From positions 1 through 58,197 of the forward strand of contig JAADGS010000021.1 of the NCBI GenBank assembly GCA_013152275.1: 58,197 nucleotides of DNA, written 5' to 3'. Source of the DNA: Actinomycetota bacterium (GTDB taxonomy: Bacteria; Actinomycetota; Acidimicrobiia; Spongiisociales; UBA4744). The translations under genes and the position numbers were made by a program. Positions 21,092 to 29,953 of this stretch are shown here, in pieces. Position 1 is the stretch's first letter; every line of letters starts with the position of its first letter. The notes beneath the pieces were generated by a model. It was not told the origin of the DNA, made no database searches, and saw only the letters and a program-made list of their open reading frames with translations.

Positions 21092-21271
21092 CTATTCGGT
21101 TCCGGCGGTGACCTCGTGGCCCCGGTACGTACCACAGGTCGGGCAGGCCCGATGCGGCAGTTTGGGAGCGTGACACTGCGGACAGGTGGACATGCGCGGC
21201 AGGCTGAGCTTCCAACCCGCCTTGCGCCGCCTCGTGCGTGACCGCGACATCTTTTTCTTGGGTACGGCCAT
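21092..21271 (-). CDS. rpmF: 50S ribosomal protein L32 (59 aa, Zn-ribbon type; absent from the ORF track)
   Basis: Translated by hand: MAVPKKKMSRSRTRRRKAGWKLSLPRMSTCPQCHAPKLPHRACPTCGTYRGHEVTAGTE*. Confidence 0.96.
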   Translation of the reverse strand: MAVPKKKMSRSRTRRRKAGWKLSLPRMSTCPQCHAPKLPHRACPTCGTYRGHEVTAGTE

Positions 21272-21283
21272 AAGGGGCTCCTC

Positions 21284-21775
21284 TCAAGGTTCCAGCAGAT
21301 ACCGAAGGGCGCCGAACGGAGACGCACTCTCGTCGGCGTGCCCGGAACAGGGATCCGTATTCAAGTCGGTTCCGCAGGTAGGGCAAAGTCCAAGACAGTC
21401 CAACTTGCAGAGTGGTGCGATCGGAAGGGCAAGTGAGGCTTCGTCTCGCAGGGTCTGTTCGAGGTCGATAGATCCGCCGCGTCCGATGACGGGACCGTCA
21501 TCCACCGGCCGGGGACCGAACACTTCGAGAATCGTGACACTCATCTCGTCATCCCGTTCCATCAGGCACCGGTTGCATCGCAACGAGGCCGTGAACGTCA
21601 GGGTTCCGCGAACGACGACCTCGTCGACCGTCGCCTCGAGCACCAGATCGGCGTGCACCGGTGCGAGTACCCGGGCCAGGTCGAGCCTGATGTCCAGCGG
21701 GCCGTCGAGCACCACCGCCCGGCGCGCACCCGGATGCCCGAGCAGGTCGGAGACGTTCAAGATGAAAGGGGACAT
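21284..21775 (-). CDS. YceD/DUF177 family protein
   Basis: CNRCL, PLCKLDCLGLCPTCG; directly upstream of rpmF. Confidence 0.92.
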   Translation of the reverse strand: MSPFILNVSDLLGHPGARRAVVLDGPLDIRLDLARVLAPVHADLVLEATVDEVVVRGTLTFTASLRCNRCLMERDDEMSVTILEVFGPRPVDDGPVIGRGGSIDLEQTLRDEASLALPIAPLCKLDCLGLCPTCGTDLNTDPCSGHADESASPFGALRYLLEP

Positions 21776-21789
21776 GGTGGATGGTGTTG

Positions 21790-22293
21790 TTACTCGGGAA
21801 CCGGTGGTGGAGCGGGCCGTGCCTCATGATACTGCGACCGCACACTTCTGATCTGACCCAGGAGATTACGGAAGAGCATCTCGAGGTGCTCGAGCCGATT
21901 ATCGGCAAGGTCCTCCGCTTCGAGCCGAATCCTCCGTGCCTCCCCTTCGGCCCTCCGCACCAGAGCGTTCGCCTCCTCGACCGCTTCGGCGAGAACCCGC
22001 GATTCGCTGACCATCTCGGCGGCTTTCGCCGTGGACTTCTCGACGATGGCTCGGGCACGCTCGTTGGTTCTGGCGATGAAGGCCTCTCTCTCTCGCACCA
22101 TCCATCGTGCCGCCCTCAGCTCTTCGGGGAGCGCCGCCCTCAGCCGGCCGATCATTTCGAGTAGTTCTTCGCGTTCGACCCGGACGCTGCCCGACAACGG
22201 AATGGCCTTCGCATCCCGGACTGCGGTTTCCATCTGATCGAGCAGCTCGACGAGTTCACCGACCTCGGGGATGTTGTCCGTACCGTCAGTCAT
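21790..22293 (-). CDS. Conserved coiled-coil protein (SepIVA-like) downstream of coaD
   Basis: AKAIPLSG...LPEELRAARW followed by a coiled coil; conserved position between coaD and yceD. Confidence 0.7.
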   Translation of the reverse strand: MTDGTDNIPEVGELVELLDQMETAVRDAKAIPLSGSVRVEREELLEMIGRLRAALPEELRAARWMVREREAFIARTNERARAIVEKSTAKAAEMVSESRVLAEAVEEANALVRRAEGEARRIRLEAEDLADNRLEHLEMLFRNLLGQIRSVRSQYHEARPAPPPVPE

Positions 22294-22762
22294 TGCCGTA
22301 CCTCTTCTTGAGTGCTTCGTTCACGCTCGCCGGTACGAGTTCTTCCACGGGACCGCCGAACCGAGCGACTTCCTTGACGAGGGAAGAGGACAGGAATCCG
22401 TACACCGGGTTCGTCGGAAGGAACAGTGTGCTGATACCGGAGAGGCTCTCGTTCATCTGTGCCATCTGTAGCTCGTACTCGAAATCGGAGACGGCGCGCA
22501 GGCCTTTGACGATCACATCGACGTTCCTCGACCGGGCGAAGTCGACGAGCAGACCATCGAAGCTCTCCACGCCCACACGTTCACCATCGTACAGCCGTTG
22601 GAGCATGGCGACTCGCTCTCCGGCGTCGAAGAGCGGTGTCTTGGAGGGGTTGGCCACCACGGCGATCACGACCTCACCGAAGACCGCCAGGCATCGGCGT
22701 ATGACGTCGAGATGTCCGTTGGTCGGCGGGTCGAAGCTCCCAGGGATCAGGGCAACGGTCAC
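22286..22762 (-). CDS. coaD: Pantetheine-phosphate adenylyltransferase
   Basis: PGSFDPPTNGH, KGLRAVSDFEYE, SSSLVKE. Confidence 0.97.
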   Translation of the reverse strand: MTVALIPGSFDPPTNGHLDVIRRCLAVFGEVVIAVVANPSKTPLFDAGERVAMLQRLYDGERVGVESFDGLLVDFARSRNVDVIVKGLRAVSDFEYELQMAQMNESLSGISTLFLPTNPVYGFLSSSLVKEVARFGGPVEELVPASVNEALKKRYGND

Positions 22763-23298
22763 GCCTCCTCCTTCCTCAGGCGCCACAGGACGGTGTCCCC
22801 GTATCTGTGGCGGTCGACCAGCGCGAGACCTCCGACGTTCGGCGGCCGCTCCCCCACCCTGCGATGGAGTATCACATCCGCTCCGGCGGTCAGCCTCGGA
22901 ACCAGTTTGCTCAAGACCTTCTCTACAGACGCTAGCGACAGCCCATACGGTGGGTCAACGAATGCGAGATCTGCGTCGATGTCCGTATCGTCCAGGAAGC
23001 GCTCAACGTCCAGCGTGGACACGGTTCCGCCCAACCCGACACTGTCGATATTACGGCGAAGTGCCAAGAGCGCCGGTCGCGCCCTCTCCACGAACACGAC
23101 GGACTCTGCGCCGCGGCTCAAGGCCTCGAGGCCGATGGAACCCGATCCCGCGTACAGGTCGAACACGCGGGCATCGACGACGCTATCCCCCAGCGACGAG
23201 AACAGCGCCTCTCGGGCGCGATCCGTCATCGGACGGGTACCGGATCCCGAAGGTCCGGAGAGGCGGCGGCCCTTTGCCATGCCGGCGATGATCCTCAT
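22759..23298 (-). CDS. rsmD: 16S rRNA m2G966 methyltransferase RsmD
   Basis: MRIIAG, TRPMTDRAREALF, DLYAGSG, DPPY. Confidence 0.95.
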   Translation of the reverse strand: MRIIAGMAKGRRLSGPSGSGTRPMTDRAREALFSSLGDSVVDARVFDLYAGSGSIGLEALSRGAESVVFVERARPALLALRRNIDSVGLGGTVSTLDVERFLDDTDIDADLAFVDPPYGLSLASVEKVLSKLVPRLTAGADVILHRRVGERPPNVGGLALVDRHRYGDTVLWRLRKEEA

Positions 23299-25442
23299 GA
23301 TCGCAAGAGCCATTCGACGGCATCCCCGAGCAACGCTCTCACCTCCGTTCGTATCTCCGGATGTTCACCGAGGTCCGGATCCCCACCCACGAGGGTGAAC
23401 GCTTCACGCCGAGCCGCGATCAACTCATCCTTGTCCCGCAGGATGTCCGACAGACGAAGATCGGACAGGCCCGACTGCCTGGCACCGAACACGGTTCCTT
23501 GGCCGCGAATCCGCAGGTCGACCTCGGCCAGCTCGAATCCGTCGTCGCTCGCCACCATGGCTTCGATACGTGCCCTGCCCTCCTCCGTCGATGGATCGGC
23601 AACCAGATAGCACCAGTTCGGACCCGCATGGCGGGCGAGCCTGCCGCGAAGCTGGTGCAGTTGGCTCAGTCCGAAGCGATCGGCATCTTCGATCACCATG
23701 ATCGTCGAGTTGGGGATGTCGATGCCGACCTCGATGACCGTGGTGGTGACAAGCAGATCCAGAGCCCCGTCGCGAAAGGCCTGCATCACCGACCGTTTGT
23801 CGGCCGAATGCAGCTGGCCGTGGAGCAGCCCGAGGCGCAGCTCGGGAAAGACCCCTTGGAGACGCTCGTACTCGGCCGTCGCCGAAGCCGCCTGCACCTT
23901 CGGGCTGTCCTCGACGAGCGGACACACGACGAATGTCTGACGGCCGGCGGATGCTTCGATGCGAATCCGATCGTAGACCTCGTGGAGCCGATCCGGGCCT
24001 ACCGCCACCGTGTGGACTTCGGGCCTGCCGGGTGGCATCTCGTCGAGCAGGGAAACATCGAGATCCCCGTAGAGCGTCATCGAGAGTGTCCTCGGGATGG
24101 GCGTGGCGGTCATGATCAGGAGATCGGGATCCGCATCACCCGCCTTCTCCTTGAGCCGCACGCGCTGGTGGACTCCGAAGCGATGCTGCTCATCGATGAC
24201 GGCAACTCCGAGCGCGGCGAAACGCACGCCTTCCTGGATGAGCGCATGTGTCCCGATGACGATGTCGACCGCGCCTTCTGCAACGAGCCCGACGACTTCG
24301 TCGCGTGTCGCCCTGGGCCGGAAGTTCACCTCGGCGTTGGAGGAGGTCAACAGCGCCAGCGTCACACCGGTACCTTCACCGCAGAAGAGGTTCGGGGTGT
24401 CATCGGGCGGCGGAGCCAACCCCGCTCCTTCGAGAAGCGCCGTGATCGAGAGATAGTGCTGGACGGCGAGCACTTCGGTAGGAGCCATCACGGCTCCCTG
24501 ATAGCCTCCTTCGACACCGGTCATCAGCGCCGAGACGGCTACCACCGTCTTCCCCGATCCGACCTCGCCGAGAAGGAGCCGGTGCATCGGATGCGACGTC
24601 TGCATGTCGCGTCCGATCTCTTCGATGACCCGGTGCTGCGCAGAAGTCAGGGCGAACGGAAGCCCATCGATGAAGCGTCCGAGCAGCAGACCCTCCGGAT
24701 GGTGGGCAATCCCGACCGCCTCTTCGATCATCCTTCGCTTCGAAAGGGCGAGGGCCACCTCCAGTCGGAACAGCTCGTCGAATACGAGCCGGCGACGGGC
24801 GGCCGCGACGACTTCGGGAGTCTCGGGGAAGTGGATGTCGGAGACGGCCCGATCGCGATCGATCAGCCCCAGCCTGCGCACCATCTCTTCGGGAAGCGGG
24901 TCATCGATCGGCCGCGCCCTCCGGAGCGCATTGTGAATGGCCCTTCGAAGGTATCCCGATGACAAACCACCTGCAGACGGATAGACGGGCACGACCCGGC
25001 CGGTGACCAGACTCTCGGTGGCGGACCGCATCAGGTCGACATCCGGGCTCTTCATCTGGAGCTTTCCGCGAAACGACTCGATCTTTCCCGACAGGGCCAC
25101 CTCCGCACCGACGGAGAGCTGACGTTCGCGGAACGCCTGGTTGAACCACACGACGGTGAGACGTGCACTCTCGTCGGAGATGACCGCCTCGGTGATCGTG
25201 AGCTTGCGCCGGGGCCTCCTCGTGGATATCCGCTGGACCGTTCCGATGATCGTGACCTCTCGACCGACGGGAACCGAGGCAATCTTTTCCGTCCGGGACC
25301 GATCGATGTACCGACGGGGAACATGCTGGAGGAGGTCGGCCACGGATTCGATCCCGACGTTTCGGAGCTTCTCGGCGCGCCGGCCGGACAGGAGTTTCAC
25401 CTGCTCCACCCCCACCTCCGACAGATGGGCCAGGCTGCTCAC
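23295..25442 (-). CDS. recG: ATP-dependent DNA helicase RecG
   Basis: GEVGSGKT, DEQHRFGV, MTATPIPRT, QLHQLRGR. Confidence 0.97.
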   Translation of the reverse strand: MSSLAHLSEVGVEQVKLLSGRRAEKLRNVGIESVADLLQHVPRRYIDRSRTEKIASVPVGREVTIIGTVQRISTRRPRRKLTITEAVISDESARLTVVWFNQAFRERQLSVGAEVALSGKIESFRGKLQMKSPDVDLMRSATESLVTGRVVPVYPSAGGLSSGYLRRAIHNALRRARPIDDPLPEEMVRRLGLIDRDRAVSDIHFPETPEVVAAARRRLVFDELFRLEVALALSKRRMIEEAVGIAHHPEGLLLGRFIDGLPFALTSAQHRVIEEIGRDMQTSHPMHRLLLGEVGSGKTVVAVSALMTGVEGGYQGAVMAPTEVLAVQHYLSITALLEGAGLAPPPDDTPNLFCGEGTGVTLALLTSSNAEVNFRPRATRDEVVGLVAEGAVDIVIGTHALIQEGVRFAALGVAVIDEQHRFGVHQRVRLKEKAGDADPDLLIMTATPIPRTLSMTLYGDLDVSLLDEMPPGRPEVHTVAVGPDRLHEVYDRIRIEASAGRQTFVVCPLVEDSPKVQAASATAEYERLQGVFPELRLGLLHGQLHSADKRSVMQAFRDGALDLLVTTTVIEVGIDIPNSTIMVIEDADRFGLSQLHQLRGRLARHAGPNWCYLVADPSTEEGRARIEAMVASDDGFELAEVDLRIRGQGTVFGARQSGLSDLRLSDILRDKDELIAARREAFTLVGGDPDLGEHPEIRTEVRALLGDAVEWLLRS

Positions 25443-25690
25443 TTCGCGGAGATCAGGCAGGGGTGGAGCGACTGTCCCCCATCCTCGATCTCGAGCGCGT
25501 TCGACGGATGCTCTGCCCCCGGATGGCCGTGGGCCCCGACGGCCACCACGGGCATCGACGGTCGCCCGATGAACGAAGTCGGGAGTCCACGATCGCCTCG
25601 GCCCGTATCACGACGGACGGCCGATCGATCGTAATGGCGCGAAGCGACATGCTTCAGGTGTTTGGCAGTAAGGTACATTCGCGGATCCAT
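25439..25690 (-). pseudogene. Probable internally deleted remnant of a DAK2-domain (FakA-like) gene
   Basis: Sits between rpmB and recG, the usual DAK2 position. The end (EHPSNALEIEDGGQSLHPCLISAK) resembles the DAK2 C-terminus, and the stop overlaps the recG start. Confidence 0.55.
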
Positions 25691-25765
25691 GACCGGCGAC
25701 GAGTATACGATTCCGTGCAGCTCCCTCGCGGTGCTAACCTCGCTCACCGGCCCGAGGAGGTCGCC

Positions 25766-25954
25766 ATGTCGTATCGCTGTGAGATCTGTGGAAAAGAGCC
25801 CTGGTTCGGGAAACAAGTCAGTTTCTCGCATAAGCGCTCGAGTCGACGTTGGGTCCCCAACATCCAGCGTGTTCGCGTGCGCCACGGTTCCAACACCCGC
25901 CGCATGCGTATCTGCACCTCCTGTCTGAAGGCGGGCAAGGTCGACAAGGCCTAG
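25766..25954 (+). CDS. rpmB: 50S ribosomal protein L28
   Basis: MSYRCEICGKEPWFGKQVSFSHKRSSRRWVPNIQ...ICTSCLKAGKV; GAGGAGG Shine-Dalgarno. Confidence 0.97.
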   Translation: MSYRCEICGKEPWFGKQVSFSHKRSSRRWVPNIQRVRVRHGSNTRRMRICTSCLKAGKVDKA

Positions 25955-26011
25955 GACCGGCAACTTCGAGTGATGCCTCGGCTCGGCCCGGCGCCACTAC
26001 ACTCACGTCCC

Positions 26012-26224
26012 ATGCAAGGCGTTGTGAAGATCTTCGATCCTTCCACCGGACTCGGCATCGTCGTATCCGACACGGACCGAACCGAGCTCCTCCTCGATGG
26101 AGCATCCTTGGACGGAAGCATCTTCCGGAACCTGCGGCAGGGTCAACGCATCATCTTCGACATCGAGGACATCGAGGGGAGCGCCACGGCACGGCACATT
26201 CGTGTCGGCTCCGAAGGCACCTGA
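26012..26224 (+). CDS. Cold-shock-domain-like protein
   Basis: MQGVVKIFD..GLGIV...FRNLRQGQRIIFDI, an OB-fold CSD-like pattern. Confidence 0.75.
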   Translation: MQGVVKIFDPSTGLGIVVSDTDRTELLLDGASLDGSIFRNLRQGQRIIFDIEDIEGSATARHIRVGSEGT

Positions 26225-26332
26225 CGGCGCGACGCCCACGAGACGGCCACCGCTCGGCAGCCCCAAGTTCGACCCCCGGACGGGAACCTGCTCGGGTATG
26301 ATCGCATCAAGAGACACTCCGAGGAGGTTCCG

Positions 26333-26566
26333 GTGGTCGAAGCGTATGTGTTGATCCAGACAGAAGTGGGCAAGGCCGCGAAGGTGGCCGACGAAGCCCG
26401 CCGCATCGAGGGTGTGGAACATGCCGACGATGTGACCGGCCCGTACGACGTCATCGTCAAGGCCTCGGCCGGGACGGTTGATCTGCTGGGCAAGCTCGTG
26501 GTCGCCCGCATCCAGTCGATCGAAGGGATCACCCGAACGCTGACCTGCCCGATCGTCAACCTGTAG
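26333..26566 (+). CDS. Lrp/AsnC ligand-binding domain protein
   Basis: AYVLIQTEVGK...VTGPYDVIV...IEGITRTLTC. Confidence 0.9.
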   Translation: MVEAYVLIQTEVGKAAKVADEARRIEGVEHADDVTGPYDVIVKASAGTVDLLGKLVVARIQSIEGITRTLTCPIVNL

Positions 26567-26585
26567 CCTGATCAATCCGTAGGCA

Positions 26586-27674
26586 TCAGCCGAGTTTGGC
26601 TGCGATCGAGCCGGCGTTGCGAAGCGCCGTGCCGTCCGAGCCGATGGTCCCGAACCGTCGGACCGGTTGTTTCTCGGCCTCGGTGACCATGTCGGTCAGC
26701 AGCTCACGCCTGTCGAGTGGAGGATCCACCCACAGATAGGCTGCCAGGCTCCCGGGAATCGTGTTGATCTCATTGACCCACATGTTGTCGCCCCGCACCA
26801 GGAAATCGACGCGGGCGACGGAACGGACACCGATGAGACCCGACACGATCATGGCAGCCTGCCGGATCGACTCTGCCACTTGCACCGGAAGTTTGGCCGG
26901 GATCTCGCGCGCCGACCCCTCGAGACCACCACCGGCCAGGTACTTCTGCTCGTAGCTGTAGATGGCACTGCTCTTCGCATCTCTGACCGGTGCCTCGATG
27001 GCGCTGAGTTGCAGGCCGGGATACGTTCGAATGGCGATGTTGTAGTCCCGGCTGCCCTCCAGGAACGGTTCGATGACTGCACCGCCCTGCAAGTGCTTCG
27101 ACGACGCGGCGAGTGCGAGTGCAGTCTCCATTCCGTCCACGACCTCGATTCCGATCGAAGATCCGCCGAACCGCGGTTTGACGATGAACGGCGGTGTTGC
27201 GTCCCACTCGATCCCCGGTTCGAGAAGTCTGCGTGGCACGGAGCAAAGGCCCGCCGATTGCACGACGGCTCCGAAGGCGAGCTTGTCCATCCCGAGGGCG
27301 GACCCTGCGGCGCTCGGCCCCGTGTAACGAATCCCGGCGAGGTCGAGCGCCGCCTGCAGCGTTCCGTCCTCGCCCGGAGCACCGTGACAGCAGTTCACGA
27401 CGGCAGAGATGTCGAGCGGCTTCTTGCGGGCAATGAACCCGGCTCCCGTCTCGGCCACGAATCGAAGCGGCTTCGCACGCCGTGGCACACCGTCGGCAAA
27501 GTCAGCCGCCTCCAGTGACGGATCCACCGAGAACCAGGCACCGCTCTTCGCCCAGTAGACCGCCTCCACGCTGCGACCTGTGTCGAGCAGCGTCCTGCAC
27601 GCCTGCAGACCGGTGAGAATGCTGATGTCGTGTTCGGGGGACGGGCCCCCAAACACCACTGCCGGGTTGCTCAT
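26586..27674 (-). CDS. ddl: D-alanine--D-alanine ligase family protein
   Basis: FGGPSPEHDIS, HGAPGEDG, KPRFGGSSIGI, RVDF, NEINTIPG. Confidence 0.9.
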   Translation of the reverse strand: MSNPAVVFGGPSPEHDISILTGLQACRTLLDTGRSVEAVYWAKSGAWFSVDPSLEAADFADGVPRRAKPLRFVAETGAGFIARKKPLDISAVVNCCHGAPGEDGTLQAALDLAGIRYTGPSAAGSALGMDKLAFGAVVQSAGLCSVPRRLLEPGIEWDATPPFIVKPRFGGSSIGIEVVDGMETALALAASSKHLQGGAVIEPFLEGSRDYNIAIRTYPGLQLSAIEAPVRDAKSSAIYSYEQKYLAGGGLEGSAREIPAKLPVQVAESIRQAAMIVSGLIGVRSVARVDFLVRGDNMWVNEINTIPGSLAAYLWVDPPLDRRELLTDMVTEAEKQPVRRFGTIGSDGTALRNAGSIAAKLG

Positions 27675-27685
27675 CAGATTGCTCC

Positions 27686-29176
27686 TTACGGGTAGTGGTC
27701 CGGCAGGTCGTTCTCGTACACGACCACATCACCGGGACCGAGCGTTCGTCGCACCCAGGCGACGGCCTCCTCCCGGGAGTCAACAACCCTAACGGACGGC
27801 ACGCCGTGCGATCCCTCCAACAGCGCCCGCCGGTTCGTGCGCCCGACGATCACGATGTCCGTCGCCTCTCTCGCGGCATGTTCGGCGAGACTTACATTCT
27901 CCGCATACTGCCGTCGGCCCAACTCCACGAGGCCGGGGGTGACGACGACGCGCCTTCCTCCGGGGGACGCATGGTGCCGCAACATCGAGAGGACCGCCCG
28001 TGCCCCTGTCGGATTCGCGTTGTAGGTGTCGTCGATGACGACCACGCCGCTCGGCGCGGTCGCCACCTGCCGGCGATGCGCCGGACGCTCCAGTGAGGCC
28101 AGATCTGCCGGGTCTGGTGTCATACCGAGCGCCACCAGCACTCCGACGGCGCATGCCACGTTTCCCGGGAATGCCTCCTCGTCGGAGATCGGACCGATGG
28201 CCCGACCATGGACATACACCGTCGAGTCCGGCCCGACATAGACGTCGGCCCGTGAAGAGTTCGAAGAGCATCGAATGACCTGCCTGCGCCCTTCCTCGGC
28301 ATCGGCAAGCTCCTCGAGTTGCGGATGATCGACGTTCAGCACCAATGCCCGCGAGCCATCGACGATCTCGGTTTTCGCCGAGGCGATGGCGTCGAGGGTA
28401 CCGAATCGTTCGAGATGGACGGGGCCGATGGCGGTGATCACCGAGACCGTCGGACGGATCCACTCACACAGCGCCCGAATCTCGCCTCGACCGTAGGTAC
28501 CCATCTCGGCGACGAAGATCTCGGTACCGGGCGCGAGCTGTTCATTGATGGAACGTGCCAGTCCCAAACGGTTGTTGAAGCTCGCAGGACTCACGACCAC
28601 CTGGCGGCGGTTCCGCAGAAGTCGACCGACATAGGCCTTCGTCGTCGTCTTGCCGAACGAGCCGGTAATCGCGACAACCGTCGGAGCGACCGAGACCAGG
28701 CGCCGTGAAGCCTCATCGACGAAGCGGGCACTGGATCGAGCCTCCAGCGGCGATCGCAACCACAACGCGGCATCGACGAGCAGAGGTATCACAGGCGCCA
28801 GCAGGACCGCCGCCAGTCCGGCACCACCGATGGCGAGCAGAAGGGCGAAGAGTGCGACGGCAGCCCCGGCCGTGCGACGTAGGCGGGGGGTCCATGCGAG
28901 TGGTGCAGTCCGACCGCGCACGCCGAGCCCGAGCGGAAAGAAGGCGATGATGGCCGCCGTTACGAGGCCCACCGGCCGCACCCAGATCGACCCGATCGCT
29001 CCGGCCAGCGCAAGCGTGAATCCGGCAAGGTTCACGGCACGGCTTCCCCACCACCGCACGGCGAATCGGACGACGGAACCGGGCAGGTAATGCTCACGCT
29101 GGGCCACACGTATCCAGCGCAGCATCGACACCACCGAGGCGACAACGGCCGCTGCGGATGTGAGAACGTCGATCAC
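27686..29176 (-). CDS. MurF-like Mur ligase with N-terminal membrane segments
   Basis: ITGSFGKTTTK, SFNN, EMG, DDTYNANP, ENDLPDHY. Confidence 0.85.
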   Translation of the reverse strand: MIDVLTSAAAVVASVVSMLRWIRVAQREHYLPGSVVRFAVRWWGSRAVNLAGFTLALAGAIGSIWVRPVGLVTAAIIAFFPLGLGVRGRTAPLAWTPRLRRTAGAAVALFALLLAIGGAGLAAVLLAPVIPLLVDAALWLRSPLEARSSARFVDEASRRLVSVAPTVVAITGSFGKTTTKAYVGRLLRNRRQVVVSPASFNNRLGLARSINEQLAPGTEIFVAEMGTYGRGEIRALCEWIRPTVSVITAIGPVHLERFGTLDAIASAKTEIVDGSRALVLNVDHPQLEELADAEEGRRQVIRCSSNSSRADVYVGPDSTVYVHGRAIGPISDEEAFPGNVACAVGVLVALGMTPDPADLASLERPAHRRQVATAPSGVVVIDDTYNANPTGARAVLSMLRHHASPGGRRVVVTPGLVELGRRQYAENVSLAEHAAREATDIVIVGRTNRRALLEGSHGVPSVRVVDSREEAVAWVRRTLGPGDVVVYENDLPDHYP

Positions 29177-29898
29177 AGCAGTTCCAGAATCTCTGCTCGC
29201 ACGATCTCTGGTGCACGGATCAGAAGGTGGTGTCCGATGTCGGGCACCACGCTGAGGTGAGCGTCGGGAAAGAGTTCGACGGCGGCCTCGGCCACGTCGA
29301 GCGGCACTTCGCTATCTTCACTGCCCCACACGAGCCGGACGGGACACCCGATCGTCGGCAGAAGATCCTCATAGGTCTCGTTGACCGCAGCGACCAGGAT
29401 GTCCCTCATGACCCCGCTCGCCGCCCGGTAGTCAGGTGATCCGTACCGATGCCTGGCGCGTTCCAGTCGGTCCTCCCGAAGAAGGAACCGGAGCGACTTC
29501 CTCAACCGGTACCCGAGCGGGGCCCGGCGGGCCCGTGCCGTGCGGAGCAGCGGGACCCCCACCAGCACGAGCCCGGAGACCGGTCGAGTCGCTGCGAGAT
29601 TGAGCGCGACCCGCCCTCCGAAGGAGTGCCCGACCACGACCGGAGGTGAGGAGTATTCCGTGAGAACCGCCTCCACCGCCCGGGCATAGCCATCGGTCCC
29701 CATCGCAGACTCCGGTGCCGTAGAGGCACCGAAGCCGGGGAGATCGAGCGCGATCGAAGGAATGTCACGCAGCGTTTCTGCAAAATCCGAATGGTCCCTC
29801 CCCCAGCCGTGCAGGGCGAGGACGACGGGTCGACGGCCGCCGTAGCGTTCCCCGAACATGCCGGCAATTGTTGTCAACGCCACCGTCGCACCCTGCAT
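29173..29898 (-). CDS. Alpha/beta fold hydrolase
   Basis: LHGWG, DLPGFG, GHSFGG. Confidence 0.9.
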   Translation of the reverse strand: MQGATVALTTIAGMFGERYGGRRPVVLALHGWGRDHSDFAETLRDIPSIALDLPGFGASTAPESAMGTDGYARAVEAVLTEYSSPPVVVGHSFGGRVALNLAATRPVSGLVLVGVPLLRTARARRAPLGYRLRKSLRFLLREDRLERARHRYGSPDYRAASGVMRDILVAAVNETYEDLLPTIGCPVRLVWGSEDSEVPLDVAEAAVELFPDAHLSVVPDIGHHLLIRAPEIVRAEILELL

Positions 29899-29953
29899 CG
29901 CTTCAGCGAGAGATTACCGCTCAAGATCCTCGACGCCGACCATACTGGAGGTT

